A DNA stretch of 64,000 nucleotides from Microthyrium microscopicum. Its lineage: Eukaryota. The number at the start of each line of letters is the position of its first letter. The first letter of the stretch is position 1. The stretch is taken from contig MU004230.1 in the NCBI GenBank assembly GCA_010405405.1, positions 902,627 to 966,626 on the forward strand. Direction: 5' to 3'. Positions 62,109 through 64,000 of the stretch are shown one piece after another. A program made the translations under genes and the position numbers. The notes under the pieces are model-generated. The model was not told the origin of the DNA and searched no databases. It saw nothing but the letters and a program-made list of their open reading frames with translations.

Positions 62109-62643
62109 ATGACAACTTTAGACGGCCAGCCATCTGCAGCCTCTGCATGGGCAGACAAATACCGCGGGGTATGCATTTTTAACCACCGGCGTACGCGGTT
62201 TTTTCTGACGCTATTGAATATAGGCTACAGTTGAAGATCTAGATCCACCACAAGCATTAAGCACAAATCCACACGAACCCATCGCGCATGCTCTCATGGT
62301 CGCTTTTGAGCGCGATTACACCCATCTGACTGTCGTCTCCAGCGAAAACCGTGCGCTGTTAGGATACCTCTCGATACCCCGGCTAAAACAGATGCTCAAA
62401 GAGGGCAAGGTGACGGAATCGGACAATGTCAAGAATGCCATGTTGAAGTTCAGGAGGGGCAAGGTCTACAAAGTCATTACCATGGATACACCGCTGGAAG
62501 AGCTGGAGGCCTTCTTCGAGGGTGGGGAAGACGGTTTGGGGAAGCAGGACTTTGCGGTTGTTACAGATTATACGAGACGATTCGTGCTGGGCGTCGCGAC
62601 AAGGGCGGATTTGGAAGAGTTTGTTAAACGACGGCCTGCGTAG
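62109..62643 (+). CDS. Small CBS-domain protein
   Basis: KYRG|ATVEDLDPPQA across one intron; AFERDYTHLTV, ITMDTPLEELE, FAVVTD..GVATRADLEEF. Confidence 0.85.
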
Positions 62644-63266
62644 GGGCGGGAGCTTTGGCGTAGCTCAACACAACTACCCACCGAGGCGACGTAGGTGCCA
62701 TGGCTGCAGTGGCAGTATCAGCATGATACTTAAATTCCGCCTTGCTCCGCATTGTTTGTATACTCATATCGCCATGAATTTTTCGGTCGATCCTTTCAAC
62801 ATGACACCAGCAGAGAGTTTTGCATTCACCAACGGTCACTGAGGCATAATCATCAAGGCCTGTGGACTCGGCTGCAAGTTTTGCCCACGAACAAGCTTTT
62901 CAACTTGCATGTTCCTCTTCAAAACTCACATCGCTTCGTTCAGCTTTCGCTATCATGCAGAGTGACTTGATAGTCGAGTCAACGTACTTCGAATTGTTTG
63001 ATCACGCCAAGTTGATGGATTGCCCGAAATTGGTTGTCGTTCTCCCTTCAAGTTACATGCTATCTCGGTTATGCTTCAATAAGGCGTTGGAGACTATTGG
63101 ATAATATATCTGCCAACCAAAGTAAGAGCACTAAGACTATACAGCGTTAGATACATCAAACTTGCAAAACCAACCATCAGAATCTATTCTGGCATTCTGT
63201 CGAACAAGAAGTGGCAGTGGTTATTTCTTGGATCCCAGTGTCTGTCTCATCAACAGTCCTTCCAGA

Positions 63267-64000
63267 TCACACAGACAGGATATTGCGGTGTACATTTTTG
63301 GTGTTGCTGCCTTCCATATCAGACCAAAGATCATAGACGCGATTGAATGTGCCATGAGGTAGGCCGCAGAGCGATGGCATCGCTTTCCAAAGTCGAACTG
63401 CATACTTTCTTTCGATTCGAATCTGTTCGACATCTCGCGCGTTCCATAATTCAATTAGTCGTTCTCGGACGTGATGGTCGGAAATGCGATCGCGTCCCCA
63501 TTGCAGCCAAAGCAACTTCGGACCTTCGTGGAGTAGACACCAATTTACCCAAGATTCTCCGTCCCGGAAGTCGTGCCACATGTACCATGGCAGTCTATCT
63601 CTTTCAGTCTGGTGAATCTTGTTGGTATTTGACCAGTCAAAAACATCATCACCTTCGAGATGGACACTGCGAGACGTGTTCCTCATAAAGCGATGAATGT
63701 GAGGCAGATCATATTTGGTCTTGAAAAGGGATCTGACAATCTCTTCGGTCAGGCAATAAAAGTTGCCACGTTCTTGGTTCGACATGAGGTATCTCCTGCG
63801 TCGTTTGAAGATTAACTCTTCTCTTCTTTCGATCATGTCTGCTGCTCGACTGCTTATGGACTTCTTTGGGAACTGAGGATCTATGTGTTGCAAAAGACGC
63901 TGGAGCCGTTTTTTCAAGGGCATGCGAGGAATATTGTTGTCCGGAAGTCTATAAGCGTCTTTCGAAATTTCAGATAGCATTTTCGCGACGTGTAATCCAA
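63267..64000 (-). CDS. Hypothetical protein, possibly 5'-truncated by the window
   Basis: At least 237 aa and open to the window edge; no recognisable motif; 3' end uncertain. Confidence 0.55.
   Translation of the reverse strand, partial: GLHVAKMLSEISKDAYRLPDNNIPRMPLKKRLQRLLQHIDPQFPKKSISSRAADMIERREELIFKRRRRYLMSNQERGNFYCLTEEIVRSLFKTKYDLPHIHRFMRNTSRSVHLEGDDVFDWSNTNKIHQTERDRLPWYMWHDFRDGESWVNWCLLHEGPKLLWLQWGRDRISDHHVRERLIELWNARDVEQIRIERKYAVRLWKAMPSLCGLPHGTFNRVYDLWSDMEGSNTKNVHRNILSV

Overview
Eukaryotic DNA from a filamentous ascomycete (Pezizomycotina), judged from short GT/GC-AG introns with CTRAY branch points and the gene families present. About 28 protein-coding genes. Most are housekeeping: RDS3/PHF5A, pinin, RAD6/UBC2, GPI8, RPF2, catalase B, bleomycin hydrolase, a UBE2G/Ubc7-type E2, two DUF726 paralogs, EBP, USO1 and RFC2. 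There are two accessory-looking patches. The first (~13.6-20.5 kb) holds a highly self-complementary ~255-nt intergenic element (candidate structured RNA), an unannotated 3-exon 96-aa secreted peptide with two 6-Cys repeats plus a duplicated in-frame last exon, a CE3 esterase and a large GPI-type surface protein. The second (~25.8-35.9 kb) holds an acyltransferase / SDR / bacterial-looking beta-lactamase trio, then a 5.6-kb gene-free island with a decayed gene, a 19-bp minisatellite and a MITE. A second, unrelated MITE sits in a bidirectional promoter at 57.2-57.7 kb. I found no CRISPR, rRNA or tRNA. Exon boundaries were read by eye and family calls come from motif recognition, not database searches.
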